Shown here one piece after another: positions 37,204 to 44,845 of a DNA stretch of 44,845 nucleotides (positions are counted from its first letter, which is position 1; each line of letters begins with the position of its first letter). The stretch spans positions 1 through 44,845 of the forward strand of contig DAOUTQ010000002.1 of the NCBI GenBank assembly GCA_030668615.1, written 5' to 3'. Under the pieces are notes generated by a model. It did not search any database. It was given only the letters and a program-made list of their open reading frames with translations, and was not told where the DNA came from. The DNA comes from Bacteroidales bacterium (GTDB lineage: Bacteria; Bacteroidota; Bacteroidia; Bacteroidales; UBA12077). Position numbers and translations under genes: made by a program.

Positions 37204-37408
37204 GGATGTAAATATTAATATCCAAACAATTCTTACAAAAAAAAATTTTTTATCTAAAAAAAACTGCAATTAAGTCTTAATCGCCCCCATTATATGTCTT
37301 TTCGTTAGTATCTTATATTTTCAATAAAATTAACAACAAGATATTTGTATTCGAGATTCGCTATTTTTTTCTAGCTTGTTTCTCCTAAATCTTTTCAAAA
37401 AGATACAA

Positions 37409-39751
37409 TTATTCCTTTATCAATTTAATAACTGTACCAGAGCTTTTAGTCTGAATGTGAACGAAATAAACTCCTGCTTTCAAAGAACCAATATTTAAAA
37501 TTTCTGTATTTTGATCTGCCTTAATCGTAAAAATTGTTTTTCCACTTATATCTGATAGCTGAATACTTGCTCCAGTTAAATTAACTGATTCTATTTTCAC
37601 ATAATTACTTGCCGGATTAGGATAGATCTTTACATTTTCCTGTAAAGCATTATTTATCCCTGTTTCTTCAACATTATTAATACTAATTGTAACATTTTCC
37701 GGATTACTTGTATACAAACCATCGCTCACAGTTAGTTCAATTGTTAGCGATGTATTGGTTTCATAATCTATATCATCGGCATCATTTACAGTAATTTGTC
37801 CTGTTGTAGCATGTATTGCAAAAGCATTATTTTCGTCACCATCGTCATTAACATTACTTGTTATTGTCCAGTTTTGAAAGCTTGTTGTTCCATCCAAATC
37901 TGTTGCTACTACACTCCCCACTTCAGCTTCGTTTTCAATATCTTCATCAATAGTAAATGATTGTGAAAGAGCTATTATCGGGACTTCATCGTTTATAGCT
38001 GCAATTGAAATAATGTAATTCTCTTCTGACATTTCGTTAACACCATCCGACAGAATAAATTTAAAGATATCCTCTTCAGTGTTAGATCCACTATGTACAT
38101 AGGTGATTTTATTATCATTAATATCTTGTTGGGTAAACGTTTCGTCAACTGATATAACAGTTTCCGAAAGTTTTAACACACCGTTATCGGGAATATCGGT
38201 AACTGTAAATGTTAATTCAGAATCTTCAGTATCTGTATCTCTAAATTCCAAATCATCAGTTGTTATAGTTTCTGTAGCACCTTCGTCTAATTTTAAATAT
38301 CTCTTATTCCATACAGTTGGAATATCATCATTAATAGGGTTAACAATAATAGTAAATGTCTGTCCGGTTAAATCGTTAAAATTATCGGAAACCGTGAAAA
38401 CAAAACTATCCGATGTTGTATTACTATCGTCGTGGATATAAGCAATTTTATTGTCGTTTAAATCTCGCTGGATAAAAGAATTTATCGCAACACCCTCATT
38501 ATCTACATATTCCATCCAACCTGCTGAAGGACCTGTAGTTATAGTAAATAATAAAGTTGCGTCATCTGTATCTGCGTCAGTAGCTTTTAATTCTGTTGTT
38601 AAGATGGTATGCATTGCTCCTTCGTCGACACTAATTCCTGAATTTTCTAAAATTGTAGGAGTTGCACCGGGATCAATTGCTGTAATAGTTACGTCATTAT
38701 AATCTGAATTCGAATTATCAGGATCGTCGGTAACAAAATCCAATGAATTACTGATTATATTTCCTTGATTTGAAACTGAAAGTGAACCATCACCTATCTC
38801 AACATCAAATGTTATTGTAACTGAACTATTATCGTTAATGGTTCCAATATCAACTGAAATTTGTGTGTCACCAGCGGTATTTCCTGTATTTACAGTGCCT
38901 TGAGTTGTGGTTACTGTCCCTACCGTTAAATTTGTATTTACATCAGGATTTAAATTAAACTGAACTGAAGATTCACTTGAATTATAATCATCGTCCGGAT
39001 TATTTATAGTTGCAGTATACCTCAGATTATCACCAAAATCAACTATACCATTTGAGTTATTATCTGTTAATAAGGCATCGCTTAATGTTGCAGTAAGGTT
39101 TTTCGTAATTAAAATCTCATCAATATCTATCGTAGCATTTGCTTCGCTTCCTCCGGGAGAGGGCAAAGAAAATCCTGTGATTTTTAGCTCAATGGAACCT
39201 ACATTTGAAAAATCGGCACCCGTTCCCTGATCAACTGAAAAGGATTCGAATGTAATATAATTCGCACCCATAGTACAACTTGCTTTTGAAGAATTATTTT
39301 GATCGCTGTAGACAATAATACTTAGCGGTGCACTCCTGTTATTCTGTATTAAAAAAGCATTTAAAGCTCCATGATTAGTAACATCCAAACCTCCTAATCC
39401 TGTATATGCTGAACCACCATTGTATGTTAAAACAACACCACTTAAAGCATTGGGAGTTGACGATTGCGACTGACTGCTAAATATTCCATTACCAGCCGAA
39501 GATTCAAAAGAAACTGCTACTTGTTCTCCCTGATAACTACCAAACATATGGCGCTTACCGCCTAAAATTGCACCGGAGCTAATTTCTTCTTCTTCAGCTC
39601 CGATTGTAAATTGTGCAGCACTAAAACTACTTGTAATGCTCAGTGCCGGATCATCGGAAAAATCATCAACAACAATACTTTGCGCGCTTAAAATCAGAGT
39701 ATTGAAAATAAAAATTGAAATTAATAATATTTTGGGTAGAAGTCTTTTCAT
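37409..39751 (-). CDS. T9SS type-A cargo with DUF11-like region, two CSPG/cadherin-like repeats and one classical cadherin-like repeat
   Basis: Start trimmed to MKRLLPKILLISIFIF (signal peptide). About 110-aa repeats (ATDADTDDATLLFTITT... / FRDTDTEDSELTFTVTD... ending INDD(I/V)P). C-terminus KIYPNPASNYVKIE...GVYFVHIQ is a Por_secre_tail. Confidence 0.85.
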   Translation of the reverse strand: MKRLLPKILLISIFIFNTLILSAQSIVVDDFSDDPALSITSSFSAAQFTIGAEEEEISSGAILGGKRHMFGSYQGEQVAVSFESSAGNGIFSSQSQSSTPNALSGVVLTYNGGSAYTGLGGLDVTNHGALNAFLIQNNRSAPLSIIVYSDQNNSSKASCTMGANYITFESFSVDQGTGADFSNVGSIELKITGFSLPSPGGSEANATIDIDEILITKNLTATLSDALLTDNNSNGIVDFGDNLRYTATINNPDDDYNSSESSVQFNLNPDVNTNLTVGTVTTTQGTVNTGNTAGDTQISVDIGTINDNSSVTITFDVEIGDGSLSVSNQGNIISNSLDFVTDDPDNSNSDYNDVTITAIDPGATPTILENSGISVDEGAMHTILTTELKATDADTDDATLLFTITTGPSAGWMEYVDNEGVAINSFIQRDLNDNKIAYIHDDSNTTSDSFVFTVSDNFNDLTGQTFTIIVNPINDDIPTVWNKRYLKLDEGATETITTDDLEFRDTDTEDSELTFTVTDIPDNGVLKLSETVISVDETFTQQDINDNKITYVHSGSNTEEDIFKFILSDGVNEMSEENYIISIAAINDEVPIIALSQSFTIDEDIENEAEVGSVVATDLDGTTSFQNWTITSNVNDDGDENNAFAIHATTGQITVNDADDIDYETNTSLTIELTVSDGLYTSNPENVTISINNVEETGINNALQENVKIYPNPASNYVKIESVNLTGASIQLSDISGKTIFTIKADQNTEILNIGSLKAGVYFVHIQTKSSGTVIKLIKE

Positions 39752-39833
39752 AGTTTTAATAATAAATCGGAGTAAAAAGCCCAAAGATATCATTTTTTAG
39801 TTCAGAAAAAGATCTAACAAAAGAAGTTATTAT

Positions 39834-39862
39834 AAAAAAGCACAGGCAAAAAACACCTGTGC
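39834..39862 (-). terminator. Hairpin terminator, variant member of the GCACAAGCG hairpin family
   Basis: GCACAGG (39840..39846) / CCTGTGC (39856..39862). On the minus strand it is followed by a T6 run. Confidence 0.55.
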
Positions 39863-39980
39863 AATTTTAAATTGAGTAATTATTTAATAAGACTATTGTA
39901 GCGCTTTTTCAATTTCTGGATTATCAAAAAGATTTATTTAGAAAACAAAGACGCCTCCACCTGATGATCTTTGATTACAT

Positions 39981-40007
39981 AAAAAAGCCTGTCAACAATG
40001 ACAGGCT
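39981..40007 (-). terminator. Rho-independent terminator of csp copy 2
   Basis: The same 9-bp stem AGCCTGTCA/TGACAGGCT as at 36921, loop ACAA. T6 run on the minus strand. Confidence 0.8.
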
Positions 40008-40037
40008 TATCAAATTCTAAGAAATTAAAGAAAAATG

Positions 40038-40229
40038 TTATATAACTTTAACATTTATTGCGTTCAATCCTTTTTGACCTTCTTCTACATCATAACTTAC
40101 TTTATCACCTTCAGTTATGTTATCAGTTAATCCATTTTTATGTACAAAGACATCTTTACTACCATCATCAGGGGTGATGAATCCGAACCCTTTTGAGTTG
40201 TTGAAAAATTTTACTGTTCCGTTACTCAT
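40038..40229 (-). CDS. Cold-shock protein (CspA family), copy 2
   Basis: 63 aa. GTVKFFN, KGFGFI and FVHKN motifs. Roughly 60% identical to copy 1 by eye. Confidence 0.95.
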   Translation of the reverse strand: MSNGTVKFFNNSKGFGFITPDDGSKDVFVHKNGLTDNITEGDKVSYDVEEGQKGLNAINVKVI

Positions 40230-40257
40230 AATAAAAAATTTTAATTTGTTTAAAGTA

Positions 40258-40265
40258 CAAAGTTA
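40258..40265 (-). promoter_or_regulatory. Candidate -7 promoter box of csp copy 2
   Basis: Plus-strand CAAAGTTA (TAACTTTG on the minus strand) lies 29 nt upstream of the ATG. Context TAAAGnnCAAAGTTAG is shared with copy 1. Confidence 0.5.
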
Positions 40266-40493
40266 GTATTATATCATTTTATCTGATTGTTTTATGTGAC
40301 TTTTTTTTATTATTGGGCATATCAATTACTGTTAATCATTAAAAAATCTTTAAAATTACACCTAATCAAATTTCGATTTATGAATAAGCTTATACAAAAT
40401 AGTTTCATAAATTAGCAAGGTTGTGTTTTTATTGAACCAAAAAAAACACTCGAAAAACGCTTGCGCTAATGGCATTTTCTATTATAAAAATAG

Positions 40494-40883
40494 TTATTTT
40501 TTCTTTTTAAATACGGTTGTTTTTTCTTCTGAAATAAAACTTAGTTCCGTATTTTCTTCATTTAACGAAAACTCATATTTATGATCATCGGCATGTGCTT
40601 GGTCATGATCATCGCCTTCGTGAGAATGTTCTTCTTCTGCATGTTTCATAATAAAAATATTTTCTTCTACTGCAAATGGTCCTTCTTCAAGAAGTTCTCC
40701 ATCTTTAAAATATTTCCATTCATGATTTTCAGTAATTTCAAGTACGTAAGTTATAGTAACAGAATCGTTAACTGTTCGCTCCCATTTACCAACAAGAGCT
40801 TCATGCTTTTTACACTCAGAGTTACAACTAAAAATAATAACTGAAATAAAAACTACGGATAAGACTAAATAAAACTTTTTCAT
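40494..40883 (-). CDS. Lipoprotein with His/Asp/Glu-rich insert (possible metal-binding), function unknown
   Basis: Lipobox-like signal (VIIFSC). Acidic His-rich stretch HAEEEHSHEGDDHDQAHADDH. Lys-rich C-terminus. Confidence 0.6.
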   Translation of the reverse strand: MKKFYLVLSVVFISVIIFSCNSECKKHEALVGKWERTVNDSVTITYVLEITENHEWKYFKDGELLEEGPFAVEENIFIMKHAEEEHSHEGDDHDQAHADDHKYEFSLNEENTELSFISEEKTTVFKKKK

Positions 40884-40967
40884 TTTTTTGATAGGTTTAG
40901 TTATTAATAGTCAGAGTCGAAAATACAACTTTTCTTTATCTTTAAATATTTAGTTTATTGAACAATA

Positions 40968-41543
40968 TTATTTAAGATCATTTCCAATTTTATATGCATC
41001 GCCAATTTTATTTCCTAATACACGGTATTCTTTTGCTCCCGATATATAAACGAGCGGATTAAAATCTTTCATATCAATAGAGCCCCAATTATTGGCATCC
41101 TTAATTTTATCTGTATCGATATGTGTTTCAAGTATTTCGCCAACAAAATGATTGGTTGTTCCAACTATTTTCGATTCGATTAATTTACATTCAAGATTTA
41201 TGGGACATTGCTGAATTATAGGAGCTTGAATTTCTGATGCAGGCATTTTCACCAATCCTGTTTTTTCAAATTTATCAATATCTCTGCCCGAAGTAATGCC
41301 ACAAAAATCTGTTTCTTTCATAATTTCTGCTGTAGCAATATTTACCGAGAATTCCTTATTTTTTAATATTTGCTCTCCGGTAAATCCTTTTGTACCGACA
41401 GAAATTCCCAGCGTTGGTGGTTTACCTGACAATATGCTTATCCATGCAATGGTAGCAATATTTGCATTCTCCATTGTGCCTGTTACTACTAATACTGTTG
41501 GTAATGGAAATAATATTCGCTGCGGTCCTAATTTTGTTTTCAT
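40968..41543 (-). CDS. Flavin reductase-like (FMN-binding split-barrel) protein
   Basis: 191 aa. The pattern LFPLPTVLVVTG....NIATIAW......PP.LGISV....T...I is typical of flavin_reduct family proteins. Confidence 0.75.
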   Translation of the reverse strand: MKTKLGPQRILFPLPTVLVVTGTMENANIATIAWISILSGKPPTLGISVGTKGFTGEQILKNKEFSVNIATAEIMKETDFCGITSGRDIDKFEKTGLVKMPASEIQAPIIQQCPINLECKLIESKIVGTTNHFVGEILETHIDTDKIKDANNWGSIDMKDFNPLVYISGAKEYRVLGNKIGDAYKIGNDLK

Positions 41544-41560
41544 AACACTTTTGTTTATTA

Positions 41561-41568
41561 CAAAGTTA
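41561..41568 (-). promoter_or_regulatory. Candidate -7 promoter box for the flavin reductase gene
   Basis: Plus-strand CAAAGTTA, 17 nt upstream of the ATG at 41543. Confidence 0.4.
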
Positions 41569-41858
41569 GCACTCTAAAAAAGAATTTGCAATATACCTTA
41601 TAAGTGTTTTATAATAATATAAGCATAAAAAAAAGACTTGTATATAAGTTGGGGATTTTGGCAATTGCTTTCTTACAAATACCAATTGATTTTTTATTAA
41701 CAGATATAATATTGTAACTTGTAGAAAATGTTAACATTAAGTTATTAAAAGACGAAATAATTGAGATAAAGACAATAGATAAACATTAGATATAAGTAAG
41801 CATGCAAAGACAATATTTATGCAATATTTTCATAGTATTCACTTTAAATTTTACAATC

Positions 41859-42401
41859 ATGAGAAAGTATCTATTACTATTATTTGTTTTTATTTTATTA
41901 ACAGGAACCTCCTGTGAAGAAAAAATCGATGTCGAAAAAGAAAAAGAAGCTGTTATAGAGACAGTTAAGAGTCTTGTCAATGATCGCAATGCATTAGATT
42001 TTGAAGCTTATATGAATTATTGGGTTGATGAGCCATACGCATTTTTAACCTCAACTGGCAAAAATGGTCATGATTTTATGGACTTAGCTGACTTGAAAAT
42101 GAAAGGCAAAGAACAATTTGATAAATTGTTGGTAGCCCAAGAAGAGGGTACTTATACCTTAAAAATAGAACCTTTCGACTTTAATGTTAAAGTTTATAAG
42201 GAATCTGCCTGGGTAACTTTTAAAAATAAGTGGACCAAAGTTATTAAAGAAACTGAAGAGACCGAAGATTTGGGAGAAACCTTTCTAATCGTTTCTCTTG
42301 AGAAACACAATGAAGAATGGAAAATAGCATTTATAAATGCTATAATACTATTCTCATATGAAGAAGAACCTGAAATAGTAGAAATAGTTGAAACTGAATA
42401 A
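41859..42401 (+). CDS. Lipoprotein, probably NTF2-like/DUF4440 fold, with acidic C-terminal tail
   Basis: Start trimmed to MRKYLLLLFVFILLTGTSC (lipobox). The order of conserved hydrophobics (AVIETVKSLV...D.EAYMNYW...WVTF...FLIVSLEK.NEEWKIAF) fits SnoaL/NTF2-like proteins. This fold call is weak. Confidence 0.5.
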   Translation: MRKYLLLLFVFILLTGTSCEEKIDVEKEKEAVIETVKSLVNDRNALDFEAYMNYWVDEPYAFLTSTGKNGHDFMDLADLKMKGKEQFDKLLVAQEEGTYTLKIEPFDFNVKVYKESAWVTFKNKWTKVIKETEETEDLGETFLIVSLEKHNEEWKIAFINAIILFSYEEEPEIVEIVETE

Positions 42402-42433
42402 AACACAGCAGCATTAAGTAAACTGTATAAAGA

Positions 42434-42457
42434 AAGCACAAGCGAAAACGCTTGTGC
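42434..42457. terminator. Perfect 10-bp hairpin, archetype of the GCACAAGCG-N4-CGCTTGTGC family (bidirectional terminator position)
   Basis: AGCACAAGCG / CGCTTGTGCT with an AAAA loop, between convergent genes. Confidence 0.8.
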
Positions 42458-42525
42458 TAATTTGTGGTTTTATAAATAATATAAATTAATAATCTTTAAA
42501 TAAACAGCACTTAATTCGGCAACTA

Positions 42526-43905
42526 TTACACCGGATTTTTTTGAATCCAACGGTTGTATAACCACATGAAAAATGCAGAGGCGATACCAATTCCCATAAG
42601 AATTATCCAGCCCAAAGAATTCCAAAAAGGATCGAGTTCTAAAAGTCCGTTTTCAAGCATAGTTGAATTCTTGCACATCACCTCATTTAGAATAGCAGCA
42701 CCTGCAGGTCCGCCAACTAATGCACCAATTGCCATAGGAAGGTTTGCATAACCCAAGAAAAGACCCTCTTTGCCTTTAGGAGCAAGTGCTCCAATAAACT
42801 CATATTGTCGAGCAGCGGCGAAAAGTTCACCAAAAGCAATTAATGCCACAGTAAGAACTATAAATAATGATCCCATTGGAATTGTTACCCATAAAAGATT
42901 TACACCTTCTCGTACATTACCATATAAAAGTATTGGTACAAGGTTAATTAACATTGAAAGTCCGATAATAACTCCACCAATAATAATTGATTTAATTGGC
43001 TTGAACTTACCGAATAGTCTTATTACCAATAATTGAAAAAATACGATAACAAATGGATTGGCCATTGTGTAAATATCCACAGCAGGATCAATTTCTACTA
43101 CCATTTCCAGATATCGAGGAAGAACATTGTAAACTTGTGCATAAACGAACCAAAACCCACTAATCACCAATAAAAATACAGCAAATCTAAGGTTACGCAA
43201 GACAAGAACCATGTCTATCAGGATTTTTACAACCGATTTTTTGACTTTATCTTTTATTTCCTGTTTAGGCTCATTATAAAAAAACAGAACCGTAAAAAAT
43301 GCCAAAATGGAGCAAGCTACCGACACAGCAAATATATAGCTGAGATCCCATTCTTTTCTGGCAAAATAACTGATGCCTCTACCAAATAATGATCCTATAT
43401 TAATTACCATATAGAATATGCCAAAACCCAAAGTTGCTCTTGATCCTGAAGTTTTCTGAACTGTCCCTGAAACGCATGGTTTAATAACCGATCCACCAAT
43501 GCCAATAAGTGTGATAGCCAGAATAATAGGAATAATAATTCCATATCCACTTGTTAATTCGCTTGAACTTTTTGCAAGCAAAGTTGCGCCTCCAAACCAT
43601 ACCGGATATCCCATAATAAAATATCCTATTGCCAGAAGAACAAAGGCTCCAAGTAATGCTTTTTTAAATCCAATTTCGTCGGCAATGGTTCCCGATAAAA
43701 TAGGTAAGAAGTACACCAAAAACCATAATACTCCATTTAAGGTACTTGGCCAATAATCACCCAGTCCAAGGCGTCCAAGATAGAGTACCACGAAACTCGC
43801 CATTGCGTAATAAGCACCCCTTTCAAATAGTTCGGTTACATTTGCTGTCCAAAATGTTCTTGGAAAGGCTTCAGTTTTTTTTATTTCTGTGTTATTTTCT
43901 TCCAT
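42526..43905 (-). CDS. POT/PTR2-family (MFS) proton-dependent peptide transporter
   Basis: About 12-14 TM helices. N-terminal ELFERGAYYAM matches the POT ExxERFxYY signature. Confidence 0.8.
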   Translation of the reverse strand: MEENNTEIKKTEAFPRTFWTANVTELFERGAYYAMASFVVLYLGRLGLGDYWPSTLNGVLWFLVYFLPILSGTIADEIGFKKALLGAFVLLAIGYFIMGYPVWFGGATLLAKSSSELTSGYGIIIPIILAITLIGIGGSVIKPCVSGTVQKTSGSRATLGFGIFYMVINIGSLFGRGISYFARKEWDLSYIFAVSVACSILAFFTVLFFYNEPKQEIKDKVKKSVVKILIDMVLVLRNLRFAVFLLVISGFWFVYAQVYNVLPRYLEMVVEIDPAVDIYTMANPFVIVFFQLLVIRLFGKFKPIKSIIIGGVIIGLSMLINLVPILLYGNVREGVNLLWVTIPMGSLFIVLTVALIAFGELFAAARQYEFIGALAPKGKEGLFLGYANLPMAIGALVGGPAGAAILNEVMCKNSTMLENGLLELDPFWNSLGWIILMGIGIASAFFMWLYNRWIQKNPV

Positions 43906-44018
43906 TTCAATTTAGATATTAGTCTTTGAATTTTACGAATATACGTAATCCTGTTTGTTTTTATAAATGTGAATTAAAATAATTCGAACATTTAATTAAT
44001 TGTCAAATCACAAAAAAA

Positions 44019-44039
44019 CACAAACAAAAAATGCTTGTG
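44019..44039 (-). terminator. Hairpin terminator, family member (one mismatch)
   Basis: CACAAACA / TGCTTGTG. On the minus strand it is followed by a T7 run, and it is flanked by GCTAGTTGG like the other copies. Confidence 0.6.
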
Positions 44040-44097
44040 CTAGTTGGAGTAAACTACACTGAACCGTGGAAGCAAACTAAAAAACAGAACTATTTAT

Positions 44098-44502
44098 CTA
44101 ACTGAAACTTTTAATCCAATTCAAAGCGTCTTCTTCATTTTTGAATAGTTTCATGGGTGCACCATACTTATTAATTACTTTTAATATCATATTCAAATAA
44201 TACTGTTTAAATACACCACCATCAAAAATAACTGCAATTTGTTTTAATCCAACTTTAACAGCTACTGGCAAACATTCGCCTACAAGCCATTTTCTGTTTT
44301 CTGGAGATACTACTCCCTGATTTCGCGTATCGGTCATAACACTTTCAACTACTTGCTTTTCTTTTGAATGCTCTACAAGTGTTAGGAATGCTTTTTGATA
44401 AGCTTCAAATGTGGGCTTTTTCTTCCAGATTATTTTTCCCAATTTTAAATCAGTTTCATAGGAGACTTCGGCAAACTCGTTATCATCTAATATGTTTTTC
44501 AT
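44098..44502 (-). CDS. Hypothetical protein, STAS/SpoIIAA-like (DUF3478-type) guess
   Basis: I trimmed the ORF-track start to MKNILDDNEFAEV (ATG at 44502) because the upstream 60 codons are low-complexity. Family assignment is from general pattern only. Confidence 0.45.
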   Translation of the reverse strand: MKNILDDNEFAEVSYETDLKLGKIIWKKKPTFEAYQKAFLTLVEHSKEKQVVESVMTDTRNQGVVSPENRKWLVGECLPVAVKVGLKQIAVIFDGGVFKQYYLNMILKVINKYGAPMKLFKNEEDALNWIKSFS

Positions 44503-44677
44503 AGATTTAGAATAGTTTAGTTTCGAAACTACAATAACATTTAAATTATGCTGATCCTTTTTACTATTTAAATTGAATTTATAAATGAACTGAATCTGAT
44601 AACAAAGATACTCTGTCTCAAAACCAAAGTCAATTTTAATTCTCGAACATCTATTAAAAGTTAAACTATATAAAAAA

Positions 44678-44700
44678 AGCACAAGAGAAAGATGCTTGCA
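44678..44700 (-). terminator. Degenerate copy of the hairpin family downstream of the edge gene
   Basis: AAAAAAAGCACAAGAGAAAGATGCTTGCAATTGG has an A-run, a GCACAAG arm and a GCTTGC arm with bulges. Confidence 0.35.
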
Positions 44701-44707
44701 ATTGGGA

Positions 44708-44845
44708 TTATCTTACCTTATCCAGAATTACACCTATTTCCATGGCATAACTTAACGGATCGTCAGACATATTGTGCTCAATTACATAGGTGTACGTGCC
44801 TGTTTCTTTATATTTTATGTTTAGTTCTATCATGTGCTCACTATC
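44708..44845 (-). CDS. C-terminal fragment of an unidentified protein (continues beyond the window)
   Basis: The minus-strand frame is open from the window edge (…DSEHMIELNIKYKETGTYTYVIEHNMSDDPLSYAMEIGVILDKVR*), with the stop at 44708..44710, followed by the hairpin. Too short for the ORF track. Confidence 0.4.
   Translation of the reverse strand, partial: DSEHMIELNIKYKETGTYTYVIEHNMSDDPLSYAMEIGVILDKVR

Noticed and set aside
40440-40470. Treating the hairpin-family copy downstream of the His-rich lipoprotein gene as a functional terminator.
   Set aside because: The left arm has decayed (ACACTCG instead of GCACAAGCG), so no stable stem forms. It is used only as evidence of a shared repeat family, not annotated as a terminator.
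1-44845. Search for mobile elements, CRISPR arrays, tRNA/rRNA genes, toxin-antitoxin pairs and known defence systems.
   Set aside because: - No transposase, integrase or recombinase-like ORF.
- No regularly spaced direct repeats.
- No GC-rich tRNA-like cloverleaf segments.
- No nuclease, ATPase or methylase gene sets typical of defence islands.

The window reads as core chromosome with surface-protein and stress genes.

Overview
AT-rich segment (about one-third GC by eye) that looks like ordinary chromosome from an anaerobic or microaerotolerant member of Bacteroidota. Lineage evidence: three cargo proteins with type IX secretion (T9SS) C-terminal sorting domains, a PorP/SprF gene, TAnnTTTG-type promoter boxes, and no Shine-Dalgarno signals. 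I support about 36 protein-coding genes, including partial ones at both edges. I found no rRNA, tRNA, CRISPR array, transposase, integrase or recognisable defence system.

Gene content, left to right:
- coiled-coil protein C-terminus (partial)
- secreted MBL-fold hydrolase
- TonB-dependent receptor with a small His-rich membrane protein upstream
- long-form tungsten-type aldehyde:ferredoxin oxidoreductase (AOR), divergent from a tight DUF364/ThiF-like/ThiS-like operon
- FtsB-like protein
- minus-strand string: 2007-aa PKD-repeat T9SS type-B cargo, PorP/SprF, OmpH-like, GT2
- divergent 1834-aa T9SS type-A cargo
- oxidative-stress cluster: nitroreductase, rubrerythrin, Fe-type SOD, Mn-type SOD
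- MATE exporter, secreted HExxH protein, ChaN-like lipoprotein, OmpR-type two-component system
- tiny Lys/Cys-rich secreted protein
- membrane-fused LytTR regulator, then a methyltransferase/desaturase pair
- DEAD-box helicase
- two cold-shock paralogs bracketing a cadherin-like T9SS cargo
- His-rich lipoprotein, flavin reductase, NTF2-like lipoprotein, POT transporter, STAS-like protein

Best candidates for something undescribed:
1. The AOR-linked DUF364/ThiF/ThiS sulfur-carrier cassette.
2. The His-rich small membrane protein plus the receptor with a CxxC motif in its plug domain.
3. A 137-bp element closed by an 18-bp perfect inverted repeat.
4. The membrane-fused LytTR protein, with 21-bp-phased direct repeats upstream of the lipid-modification pair.
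5. A family of sequence-conserved hairpins (GCACAAGCG-N4-CGCTTGTGC) at the 3' ends of minus-strand genes.

All family calls come from motif recognition by eye. No database search was run.
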